Shown: piece by piece, positions 16,546 to 24,555 of the stretch | Position numbering within the stretch: the stretch's first letter is position 1 | Layout of the letters: each line of letters begins with the position of its first letter | Assembly (NCBI GenBank): GCA_022710975.1 | Contig: JAKLGA010000011.1 | Location: forward strand, 177,842-241,841 | Direction of reading: 5' to 3' | Length of the DNA: 64,000 nucleotides | Source of the DNA: Myxococcota bacterium | Lineage (GTDB): Bacteria; Myxococcota; B64-G9 | The notes under the pieces: generated by a model | Databases searched by the model: none | The model's input: only the letters and a program-made list of their open reading frames with translations | What the model was told of the DNA's origin: nothing | Translations under genes and position numbers: made by a program

Positions 16546-18289
16546 CCCCTCGCCACAGGCCGGCCCGGCCGGGGCCCGCGCCCCGCGCCTGCGGCTGCTG
16601 CTCGGCGCGCTCGCGGCGGCCGGGCTGGGCGCGCTGGCCCTGGTCTGGCAGGGCGGGGCGGCCTGGGCTGGCTTGCTCGGTCAGGCCGGCACGGCGCACG
16701 CGATCGAGCTGGCCGGCTTCCTGCTGGCGCTCGGCCTGCTGGTCGGGCCGGTGGCCTCCAGGCTGGCCGAGCGGCCGCTGCTCCCGTTGCTGGTGGGCCT
16801 CGGCCCCGTGGGCCTGGGGGCGCTGCTGGCCGCGCTGAGCGCGGGCAACCTGCCCGGGGTGGCCGATCTGAAGGGCCACTGCGATCTCCTGCTGGCGGTG
16901 GGCTGCGAGGCCGTGACGCTGTGGGCCCTGGGGCTGCTCGGCACGGCCGCGCTGTGGCTGGGCTCGCTCCCGGCCCTGCTGCCGCTCCTGCCGGCCGGGC
17001 CCGAGGGGCCGCTGCGGGGACGTGCGACCCTGGGGGCGGCGCTCGCCCTGTGGGCCGCGGCGGCGGCGGTGGCCTTCCTCGACGGGCTCATGCCCGAGCG
17101 GGGCGCCGTGGGCGGGGCCGCGGTGCGCGGGCTGTGGCCGCTGGCGCTGGGGCTGCCCGCCCTGGCGCTGGCCGCGCACGCGCTGCGCCGCGCGGGCGGG
17201 CCACGCCAGGCCGGGGCGGCGCTGGCCGTGGCCTGGGCCGCGCTCGGGGGGCTCCTGTGCCTGGCGCTGGCCGCCTGGCTGGGCGCCCGCGCCTGGGGCC
17301 TGGAGGTGATGGCCTTCGAGCTCGAGGGGCTGGGCGCGCTGCCGGCCTGGCCCGGGGACGCCCTGGAGGCCAGCCTGGTGGCCGCGACCGCGCTCGGCGG
17401 GCTGGGGCCGGCCCTGGCGCTGGCCCTGGCCTTCTCGGCCGGGCTGGCCGGCTGGCGCGCCTCACGCTCCGGGCGGCGCCAGGCGGTGGGCCTGCTGGGC
17501 GGATCGGCCACCGCCGCCCTGCTGGCGGCGGCGCTCCTGGTGGAGCAGGCGGGGGGCTTCGAGGAGCGCTGCCGGGGGCTGCGGGCCCCGGGCCTGGAGC
17601 TCGGCCTGGCCGGACCCGATCTGCCCTGGGCGGAGGAGGAGGCCCGGGTGCTGTGGCTCCTGCCGCAGGCCGTGGCGCTCGACGACCAGGTGCTCGACCC
17701 GCGCGCGCCGGTCCTGCCCGGGCCCGGCCAGCCGGGCGCGCGCCTGCTCGTGGCCGTCGATCGCGCAGCCCGGGCGGGCCGGCTGCTCGACGCGCTGGCG
17801 GCGGCCGGGCGGGCCGGCTGGCGGCGCTTCGGGCTGCTGCTGCAGCCGGCGCCGCCCGACGAGGCGCGCTGCGCCCTCGAGCGGCGGGCCTTCGGGCTGT
17901 GCCTGTCCGCGCGGGTGGAGGGGCTGCGCGCCCTGACGTTCGCCGGCCCCGGGCCGGGGGCGAACCCCGCGCCCGGCGCCCTGCTCGCCAGCGTGCTCCT
18001 GGGGGCCGAGGAGCTCGAGCTCACCTTCGGCGGCTTCGGGCCGGGCACCGCGCCCGCGGAGCTCGCGCCGCTCGGCGCCCGGGTGCCGCGCTCCGGGCCG
18101 GACGGCGGCCGCGCCCGTCTGGCCGAGGCGCTCGGGGCGGCCCGGGCCGCGTTCCCGGACAGCCGCGTGGCGGAGATCGTGGTGGAGGATCGGGAGCTCG
18201 CGCTGGCGGAGCTGCTGCTCTGGCTCGAGGCCGTGCGGGGCGAGGGGGCGCGCTTCCCCGAGCTCGTGCTGGGCGGCTCGACGCGCTGA
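16535..18289 (+). CDS. Polytopic membrane protein of unknown function (584 aa)
   Basis: The GTG start overlaps the upstream stop by 11 nt. The first ~330 aa have about 8-10 Leu/Ala/Gly-rich hydrophobic segments, followed by a soluble ~250-aa C-terminal part. No family was recognised, and the start is uncertain. Confidence 0.6.
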   Translation: MATSPSPQAGPAGARAPRLRLLLGALAAAGLGALALVWQGGAAWAGLLGQAGTAHAIELAGFLLALGLLVGPVASRLAERPLLPLLVGLGPVGLGALLAALSAGNLPGVADLKGHCDLLLAVGCEAVTLWALGLLGTAALWLGSLPALLPLLPAGPEGPLRGRATLGAALALWAAAAAVAFLDGLMPERGAVGGAAVRGLWPLALGLPALALAAHALRRAGGPRQAGAALAVAWAALGGLLCLALAAWLGARAWGLEVMAFELEGLGALPAWPGDALEASLVAATALGGLGPALALALAFSAGLAGWRASRSGRRQAVGLLGGSATAALLAAALLVEQAGGFEERCRGLRAPGLELGLAGPDLPWAEEEARVLWLLPQAVALDDQVLDPRAPVLPGPGQPGARLLVAVDRAARAGRLLDALAAAGRAGWRRFGLLLQPAPPDEARCALERRAFGLCLSARVEGLRALTFAGPGPGANPAPGALLASVLLGAEELELTFGGFGPGTAPAELAPLGARVPRSGPDGGRARLAEALGAARAAFPDSRVAEIVVEDRELALAELLLWLEAVRGEGARFPELVLGGSTR

Positions 18290-18335
18290 GCTCCCACGGA
18301 GTACAATGCCGCCGGACTGGGGAGGCGGGTGGAGC

Positions 18336-19190
18336 ATGGTGGCCCCGAAGATTCCGCGCGTGACCCGGGTCAACTCCGGCCGGGAGACCCTGCGCTTCCT
18401 GGTCGTGGACGACGAGGACGTGGTGCGCGGCGTGGTGCGCTCGGCGCTGGAGCGTCCGGGCGTCTTCCTGGTCGAGGCGGCGGACGGCGAGGAGGCCATC
18501 CGGCTGCTGCTGGCCGAGCACTTCGATCTCATCCTGGTGGACAAGAACCTGCCTGGCATCACCGGGCTGGACGTGATCCGCCGGGCCCGGGCGGTGCACC
18601 CCAGGATCGGCACCCTGCTCATCACCGGCTTCGCCTCGCGCGAGTCCGCCGAGGAGGCGCTGGTGCTGGGGGTGGACGCGTACCTGGTCAAACCCTTCGA
18701 CATCGCCGAGCTCCAGGAGAGGGTGGACGAGACCCTCGGGCGCCGCTCGACGCCCGTGGAGGCCCCGCCGCCCAGGGTCGGGCTGCGGATCAGCCGGAGG
18801 CGGGTGCTGGTGTGCGATCCCTCCCCGGCCTCGGCCGAGATCCTGCGGGTCGGGGTGGAGATGCTCGGGCACCAGGCCGAGCTGACCATGGACATGTCGC
18901 GGGTGATCCAGGCCATCCGCGACAAGCGCCTGGACACCCTGGTGTGCGACCTGGAGCTGATCAGCCGCAACGAGGCCAGCGCCTGCTTCCTGCGCTCGGC
19001 GCTGTGGACCGCGCCCCAGGTCGGCTTCGTGGCCGTGGCCGCCCAGCGCGGCCTGGACGGCGCCATCCAGGCCATCCAGCGCGGCGCCACCCAGGTCGTC
19101 TACCGCCCGCTGGGCACGGCCTCGGACGTGGCCCGCAACCTCGAGCCGTTCCTCGGGAGGGCCGCCCCCAACCCGCGTGGCCGCGTGTGA
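18336..19190 (+). CDS. Dual-receiver response regulator (REC + degenerate REC, no output domain)
   Basis: REC1 has LRFLVVDDEDV, DLILVDKNLPGITG and AYLVKPF. The second REC-like half (RRVLVCDPSP...LDTLVCDLEL...VVYRPL) has the conserved Lys replaced by Arg and only one N-terminal acidic residue. GGAGG lies before the ATG at 18336. Confidence 0.85.
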   Translation: MVAPKIPRVTRVNSGRETLRFLVVDDEDVVRGVVRSALERPGVFLVEAADGEEAIRLLLAEHFDLILVDKNLPGITGLDVIRRARAVHPRIGTLLITGFASRESAEEALVLGVDAYLVKPFDIAELQERVDETLGRRSTPVEAPPPRVGLRISRRRVLVCDPSPASAEILRVGVEMLGHQAELTMDMSRVIQAIRDKRLDTLVCDLELISRNEASACFLRSALWTAPQVGFVAVAAQRGLDGAIQAIQRGATQVVYRPLGTASDVARNLEPFLGRAAPNPRGRV

Positions 19191-19230
19191 GTCCGGGCGC
19201 GGCGGGGTGGGCCGGTCGCGGAGGTGTCTC

Positions 19231-19614
19231 ATGCCCGGTTCGTGGAAGAAGGTCTGGGAGGTCCGCTCCTACCCCGAGGCGATCCAGCGCATGTTGCTCG
19301 CGCTGCCGGCGGTGTACGACGGGGCGGCCGAGAAGGGCATGCTGGGCTGGGTGGGCCGCACCTTCGCCCACCAGCGCAAGGACGTGCGCCCCAAGGCCCC
19401 CCGCCTGATGGCCCAGCGCGAGGATCGGCTGGTGTTCCAGCACGACCTGGTCACCCCCTTCACCTACAGCGTGGATCTGCAGGCCGTCGAGGACCTCACC
19501 CGGGTGACGCTGGAGGTGCGCACCACCGAGCTGGTCAAGGACACCAGCCCCGCCGATCAGGTCACGCTGATCGCCTTCGCGCTCAGCAAGGCCCTCGAGC
19601 CCCCCGCCGACTGA
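19231..19614 (+). CDS. Hypothetical protein (127 aa)
   Basis: GAGG lies 6 nt before the ATG at 19231. The composition is non-repetitive and protein-like (MPGSWKKVWEVRSYPEAIQRMLL...). No family was recognised. Confidence 0.6.
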   Translation: MPGSWKKVWEVRSYPEAIQRMLLALPAVYDGAAEKGMLGWVGRTFAHQRKDVRPKAPRLMAQREDRLVFQHDLVTPFTYSVDLQAVEDLTRVTLEVRTTELVKDTSPADQVTLIAFALSKALEPPAD

Positions 19615-19623
19615 CCCGCCGGC

Positions 19624-20700
19624 CTAGCGCGACGGCTGCGCGTGCCGGGCCTGCGCGCCCGCGTGCAGCTCGGCGAAGATGGCGTCGAGGTCGTGGCGCT
19701 GGCGCCAGGCGGGGTAGTGGCGCTCGAACTTGGACACGTCGCTCACCCACCAGCGGTGGTCGCCCTTGCGCGGGCGCGGGTCCTCGCGCAGCGACATGGG
19801 CCGACCGGTCAGCGCCTCGCAGCGCGCGATGGCCTCGCGCACGGAGCAGCTGCGCTCCCGGCCCCCGCCCAGGTTGTACACCTCGCCGGGGCGCGGCGCG
19901 GCCTGGAAGCACTCGAAGGCCGCCGCCAGATCGGCGGCGTGGATGTTGTCCCGCACCTGCTTGCCCTGGTGCCCGTAGATGGTGTAGCCCGCCCCGCCCA
20001 CGGCGCAGCGCATCAGGTAGGCCAGGAAGCCGTGCTGCTCGGCGCCCGCGTGGGCCGCGCCCGTGATGCACCCGCAGCGGAAGCAGCCGGTCTTCAGGCC
20101 GAAGTAGCGCCCGTACTCCTGGACGTAGGCGTCCGCGGCCAGCTTCGAGCAGCCGAACAGGCTGTGCAGGCATTGATCCACGCGCATGCTCTCGTCGATA
20201 CCGCGCGCTGCCCAGGCGTGGGAAGGGTCGAGCTCCAGGCGGGTGGCCCGCTCCACCAGGGGCAGGTGGTTGGGCGTGTCCCCGTAGACCTTGTTGGTCG
20301 AGACGAAGACGAACACCGCCTCCGGGCAGCGCCGACGGCAGAGCTCCAGCAGGCCGAGGGTCCCCCGGGCGTTGATGTCGAAGTCCTCCAGGGGCGCCGT
20401 GGCCGCCCAGTCGTGCGAGGGCTGCGCCGCGGCGTGCACCACGAGCTCGAAGGGCTCGGCCTGGCCGGCGAACAGCGCCTCCAGCCCGGCCGCGTCCCGG
20501 AGATCCAGCGCGTGGTGGGTGTACCCTGGTAGCTCGGCCTGGAGCGCCGCGCGCGTCCCGGCGGTCGAGGCCTCCGGCCCGAAGAACCGCCGGCGCTGAT
20601 CGTTGTCGAGGCCGCTCACCCGCCAGCCGCGGGCCGCGAAGTGACGCACCGCGGCCGAGCCCACCAGACCCGCCGCTCCGGTGACCAGCATGCTCGGCAT
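19624..20700 (-). CDS. NAD-dependent epimerase/dehydratase (SDR; CDP-paratose-2-epimerase-like)
   Basis: MLVTGAAGLVGSA is a Rossmann GxxGxxG motif, and ...STNKVYGD... with YGCSKLAAD-like (LFGCSKLAAD) gives the catalytic YxxxK context. Length is 358 aa. Confidence 0.9.
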   Translation of the reverse strand: MPSMLVTGAAGLVGSAAVRHFAARGWRVSGLDNDQRRRFFGPEASTAGTRAALQAELPGYTHHALDLRDAAGLEALFAGQAEPFELVVHAAAQPSHDWAATAPLEDFDINARGTLGLLELCRRRCPEAVFVFVSTNKVYGDTPNHLPLVERATRLELDPSHAWAARGIDESMRVDQCLHSLFGCSKLAADAYVQEYGRYFGLKTGCFRCGCITGAAHAGAEQHGFLAYLMRCAVGGAGYTIYGHQGKQVRDNIHAADLAAAFECFQAAPRPGEVYNLGGGRERSCSVREAIARCEALTGRPMSLREDPRPRKGDHRWWVSDVSKFERHYPAWRQRHDLDAIFAELHAGAQARHAQPSR

Positions 20701-20704
20701 GGCT

Positions 20705-22975
20705 TCACCCGTCCTGGCGCGCGAACTCGCGCGCGAGTTCGAAGAGGACGTTGTAGATGTCCAGGTGCTCCCGGGCGAAGGCCACGCCGCGCTCGGCGAG
20801 CGCGTCGATCTCCGCGCCCCCGCGCAGCACGCGCTCGAGCTGGTCGAAGAGATCCGTCCCCGAGTCCGGGTCGTAGAGCACCAGCGGCGCGTCCTCGGCG
20901 AGGATGCGCTCGGCGCCCGGGTGGCGGCAGGTGACCAGCGGCAGGCCGGACGCCAGGGCGTCGTTCACCGACAGCAGCACGTTGCGGGTGGTGGACTTCA
21001 ACGGCAGCAGGACGCAGCGGGACAGGGCCAGCAGCCGGGCGTACACCCGCTCGTCCACCCGGGGCGCGATGAACACGTCGTTCCGCCGGGCCAGCTCGCC
21101 CAGGCTCGAGACCGGGTTCGCGCCCTGCATGAGCAGGATCTTCCTGCCCGCGAGCCGGTCGGAGTCGAGGGCCGCGAAGTCCCGCCCGGCGTAGCCCAGC
21201 AGCGCGATGTCGAACAGCTTGGCCTGGCTGCGGTAGAAGCTGGCGTAGTCGAAACCGATGGGGATGTAGTTGAACCAGCGCCGCTCGAGGAACTGCCGCG
21301 GGAAGTAGTGCTCGATGTCGCTGAGGATCTTCGCCTCCGGCTGGCAGGAGCGCAGGGCGATCGAGTTGTGGAAGCGGAGCTCCGGCCACAGGCTGACCCT
21401 GTGCGAGAGGGCCCGGCTGTCCAGCTCGAGCAGCTGGTGGAAGAAGGCCAGGTCCAGGCACACCAGCGCGCTGCGCAGGCCCTCCACGGACATGGCGTGC
21501 GCCATGGCCTGGCTGGGTCCGACGAACAGGATCCGGTCGAAGACGTTGAGCCGGGCTGCGTCCCAGGTCAGCAGCTCATCCACGGGCAGATCCTCGAGCC
21601 CCTTGGCCACGACGCCCTGGTGGAACTCGTGGATGTCGAAGTAGCTCGCGCAGGTGACCCGCAGGCCGGGCTGGAGTCGCTGGAGCGCGCCGAAGAAGTC
21701 GGTGATCGAGGGGTAGAACTGCTGGCCCTTGATGGCGTTCACCAGCAGGAGCCTCCGGCCCGCGGGGAAGCACAGCGCCGCGAGCTGCTCGTCCCGGGCC
21801 GCTCGCCGTCGGGGCAGCCAGTCTCGGTGGACCCCGGGCAGCCGCAGGCCGGCGATCCGGGTGAGGAACTGCTCCTTGCGGCCGGAGGGCGCGTCCACCT
21901 GCCCGCCGAGGCGGGGCGCGCTCTCCGGCGCCAGCATGCGCCCCAGGTTGGTGACCAGGTCCATGTTCTGGCGCGCGAACTCGGCGGCGTTCCGCTCGAG
22001 GCGTTCTCGCAGGGCGCCGTCGCTCAGGAGCCGGAGGATCGCCGCGCGGAGCGGCAGCGCCTCACCCGGAGGCACCAGCAGGCCGGTCAGGCCGTCCTGG
22101 ATGTAGCCCTGGGTGGAGCGGCACTCGGTGGTGAGGATCGCCTTGCCCAGCGCCAGGGCGTGCGCCAGGTAGGACAGGCCGCAGGAGACGTGCTTCTCCT
22201 GCACCAGCGGCAGGAGCACGAACTTCGCCGCGGCGGTCTCCTCGATGAACTCGAGGTAGTCGAGATCACCCAGCACCTCGACGCCCCGCTCCGCGAGGAA
22301 CTGGAGCGGGCGGGGGTCGATGGCCCGCACGCGGATGGGCACGTAGATGTCGCGGGTGGCCTCGTGCAGCAGGGGGTAGTCCCGCATGCGGCTGCCCGCC
22401 ATGTGGGCGAAGGGCAGCGGGGCCGGTCGCACCTGGTACAGCGGACGGTAGAAGCTGTAGTGACAGAAGGCCAGCATCGAGGCGGGGATGCCGTAGTTCC
22501 TGTACAGGTACTCGAAGCCCGGGAAGATGTGGAACACCTTGAGCCGCGGGGCGCGCTCGAGCAGCAGGGCCGCGAGGTCCTGCGGCCCGAGCCCGGCCCG
22601 CTCCACGAAGGCCTGCATGCCGTTGAGGATGTGGATGTCGTACAGCACGTGCGGCAGGTCCCGGTGCCGCTCGAGCAGGCTGGAGAAGAACAGCTCGCTG
22701 GTCTCGATGAAGCACAGCTGCTCGGTCCGCTGCGCGGCCCGGACCTGGTCCAGCGCAGCGGACAGCTCCGGCACGCTGCCGACGTAGGTGAGCTGATTTT
22801 CGCCCTGGAGACAGTGGCCGACCCGCGCGAGGGTGGTGCGCAGGTCACCCTGGGGATCTCGCACCAGCACGCGCGGAGCGAGCCTGCCCTGCCGGCCGAG
22901 CTCGCCGATGGCGCAGATGAAGTTCAGCGCGAACTCCACCTGCGGGTTCTCGATGACGAACAGGGCGCGCTTCAT
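20705..22975 (-). CDS. Large two-module glycosyltransferase (GT-B / GT4-like halves, 756 aa)
   Basis: Both halves end in GT4-type motifs: ...SYLAHALALGKAILTTECRSTQGYIQDGLTGLLVPPGE... and ...SVNDALASGLPLVTCRHPGAERILAEDAPLVLYDP.... The stop lies 4 nt upstream of the epimerase start. Confidence 0.8.
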   Translation of the reverse strand: MKRALFVIENPQVEFALNFICAIGELGRQGRLAPRVLVRDPQGDLRTTLARVGHCLQGENQLTYVGSVPELSAALDQVRAAQRTEQLCFIETSELFFSSLLERHRDLPHVLYDIHILNGMQAFVERAGLGPQDLAALLLERAPRLKVFHIFPGFEYLYRNYGIPASMLAFCHYSFYRPLYQVRPAPLPFAHMAGSRMRDYPLLHEATRDIYVPIRVRAIDPRPLQFLAERGVEVLGDLDYLEFIEETAAAKFVLLPLVQEKHVSCGLSYLAHALALGKAILTTECRSTQGYIQDGLTGLLVPPGEALPLRAAILRLLSDGALRERLERNAAEFARQNMDLVTNLGRMLAPESAPRLGGQVDAPSGRKEQFLTRIAGLRLPGVHRDWLPRRRAARDEQLAALCFPAGRRLLLVNAIKGQQFYPSITDFFGALQRLQPGLRVTCASYFDIHEFHQGVVAKGLEDLPVDELLTWDAARLNVFDRILFVGPSQAMAHAMSVEGLRSALVCLDLAFFHQLLELDSRALSHRVSLWPELRFHNSIALRSCQPEAKILSDIEHYFPRQFLERRWFNYIPIGFDYASFYRSQAKLFDIALLGYAGRDFAALDSDRLAGRKILLMQGANPVSSLGELARRNDVFIAPRVDERVYARLLALSRCVLLPLKSTTRNVLLSVNDALASGLPLVTCRHPGAERILAEDAPLVLYDPDSGTDLFDQLERVLRGGAEIDALAERGVAFAREHLDIYNVLFELAREFARQDG

Positions 22976-23065
22976 GGGGCCAGGAGTACCACCGCTCGCC
23001 GCGGGCCCACAAGGGCCGCCGGGGCGCTGGCGCGCGCGGCCGGGCGCGGGCGGAGGGCGCCCGGC

Positions 23066-24544
23066 TCACAGGGGCCGGGTGGTCTCCTCGAGGGCGATGC
23101 CCAGGCGGGCGAGCTCGGCCAGGATGGGCAGGTACAGCTCCGGTACGACCGGGATCTGCACCCCGCGCAGCCGGATCTTGCCCTCCAGCGCCATGCGCAC
23201 GCCGATGGCCGCCGGCAGGCTGACCGCGCGGGCCATGGACGAGTCGCCGTGCGGGATGCCGTAGTCCTCCATGATCGCGGTCACCCGCTTGCGCTGGCCG
23301 CCGCGCTCGAACACCAGATCGTGGCGCATGAGCAGCATGTCCCGCTCGCCTTCCCCGTAGGCGAGCGCCGCGGCCATGCGGTGAGCCATCACGTCGATCG
23401 GCGCCCCGCGGGGGATCTCCACCGGCTTGTCGTCCAGCATGCCGATGAAGCGCAGCGCCTCCAGGGCGCGCGGGGTGGGCTGGCCCAGCCGGGAGGGGAT
23501 GGTGGCCTCGGGCGGGCCGCCCAGCAGTTCCTCGAGCAGCTTCCGGTAGGTGAGTCCGGCCAGCTCGCGCACCGGCTCCTGCACCAGCAGGCCCAGCTTC
23601 ACGATCTGGGTGTACAGCTCGCAGTGGCCCGGGTAGCGCAGCGTGCCGCGCAGGATGGTGCGCACCTGGCCGCGGCTGAGGCCGTAGGTGTCCAGGTAGG
23701 AGACCGAGTCCCGGTTGGGGTAGCCCTCGAACACGCCCACCCCGGGGATCTCGATCTGGGCGGGCCTGGAGAACAGCCGCTCGGGCGGGATGGTCACCAG
23801 CTGCCCGTCCTCGAGGTACTCGGCCTGGTTGCCGGCCGCCGTCAGCACCCCGCGAGGGGCCCAGGAGAACTTGTAGCGGAAGGGGTCGGTGCGCGAGATC
23901 TCGGGGGCCGGCAGGCCGCCGCACCACGAGGTGAAGCTGGTGAGCGTCCAGCCCTGCCGCTGCTCCGCGTGCACCACCTTCATGGCCGACATGTGGTCGA
24001 TGCCCGGGTCCAAGCCCACCTCGTTCAGCAGCAGCAGCCCCTTTGCGCGCGCCTCCGCGTCCAGGCCGCGCATGGCCGGGCTCACGTAGGAGGCGGTCAC
24101 CATGTGCTTGCCCTGGGCCAGGCAGGCCCGGGCCACCACCGGGTGGAGCTGGGCCGGCAGCAGGCTGACCGCGAGATCGGCCTGGCCCACGAGGTGACGG
24201 ACGGCCTGGGCGTCCTCGGCGTCCACGGGCGCAGCCTTGCCCAGGGGGTGTCCCTGGACGAGCGCCTCGGCCTTGGCCACGACGGCGTCGGCGACCGTGA
24301 CCTGGAGGTCGTGCTCGAGCAGGTAGCGGACCATGGGCCGGGCCACCAGCCCGGCGCCGAAGATGACCACCTTGCCCCTGGGCCTGACGACCGGCGTCGG
24401 AGCGATCTGCGCGGGCTCGAGGATCTTCTGCGGGGCCTTCTTCTCGGTGATCTTCTTCGGGGCCTTCTTCCTGAGGATCTTCTTCGGGGCCTTCTTGACG
24501 ACCTTCTTCTGGGTCTTGCGGGCCTTCTTCTTCATGGCCGTCAT
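23066..24544 (-). CDS. Saccharopine dehydrogenase / reductase-type enzyme (LYS9 / AASS-SDH-like) with a Lys-rich N-terminal tail
   Basis: GAGGAGG lies before the ATG at 24544. The Rossmann motif is KVVIFGAGLVARPMV. Other family motifs are ASYVSP, NEVGLDPGIDHM, FKFSWAPRGVL-like (YKFSWAPRGVL) and EGYPNRDS. The first ~45 aa are KKAPKK-type repeats. Confidence 0.88.
   Translation of the reverse strand: MTAMKKKARKTQKKVVKKAPKKILRKKAPKKITEKKAPQKILEPAQIAPTPVVRPRGKVVIFGAGLVARPMVRYLLEHDLQVTVADAVVAKAEALVQGHPLGKAAPVDAEDAQAVRHLVGQADLAVSLLPAQLHPVVARACLAQGKHMVTASYVSPAMRGLDAEARAKGLLLLNEVGLDPGIDHMSAMKVVHAEQRQGWTLTSFTSWCGGLPAPEISRTDPFRYKFSWAPRGVLTAAGNQAEYLEDGQLVTIPPERLFSRPAQIEIPGVGVFEGYPNRDSVSYLDTYGLSRGQVRTILRGTLRYPGHCELYTQIVKLGLLVQEPVRELAGLTYRKLLEELLGGPPEATIPSRLGQPTPRALEALRFIGMLDDKPVEIPRGAPIDVMAHRMAAALAYGEGERDMLLMRHDLVFERGGQRKRVTAIMEDYGIPHGDSSMARAVSLPAAIGVRMALEGKIRLRGVQIPVVPELYLPILAELARLGIALEETTRPL
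24422..24502 (-). repeat. 3 x 27-nt perfect-phase tandem repeat encoding (K)KAP(K/Q)KI(L/T)(R/E)
   Basis: The units are 24422-24448, 24449-24475 and 24476-24502 (gatcttct[t/g]cggggccttctt...). They are in frame within the 5' end of the saccharopine dehydrogenase gene. Confidence 0.9.
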
Positions 24545-24555
24545 GGGGCACCTCC

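Noticed and set aside
24422-24502. The 27-nt tandem repeats considered as a CRISPR-like array.
   Set aside because: The units are contiguous with no spacers and there are only three of them. They are in frame inside a CDS and encode a Lys-rich peptide repeat. No cas genes are present.
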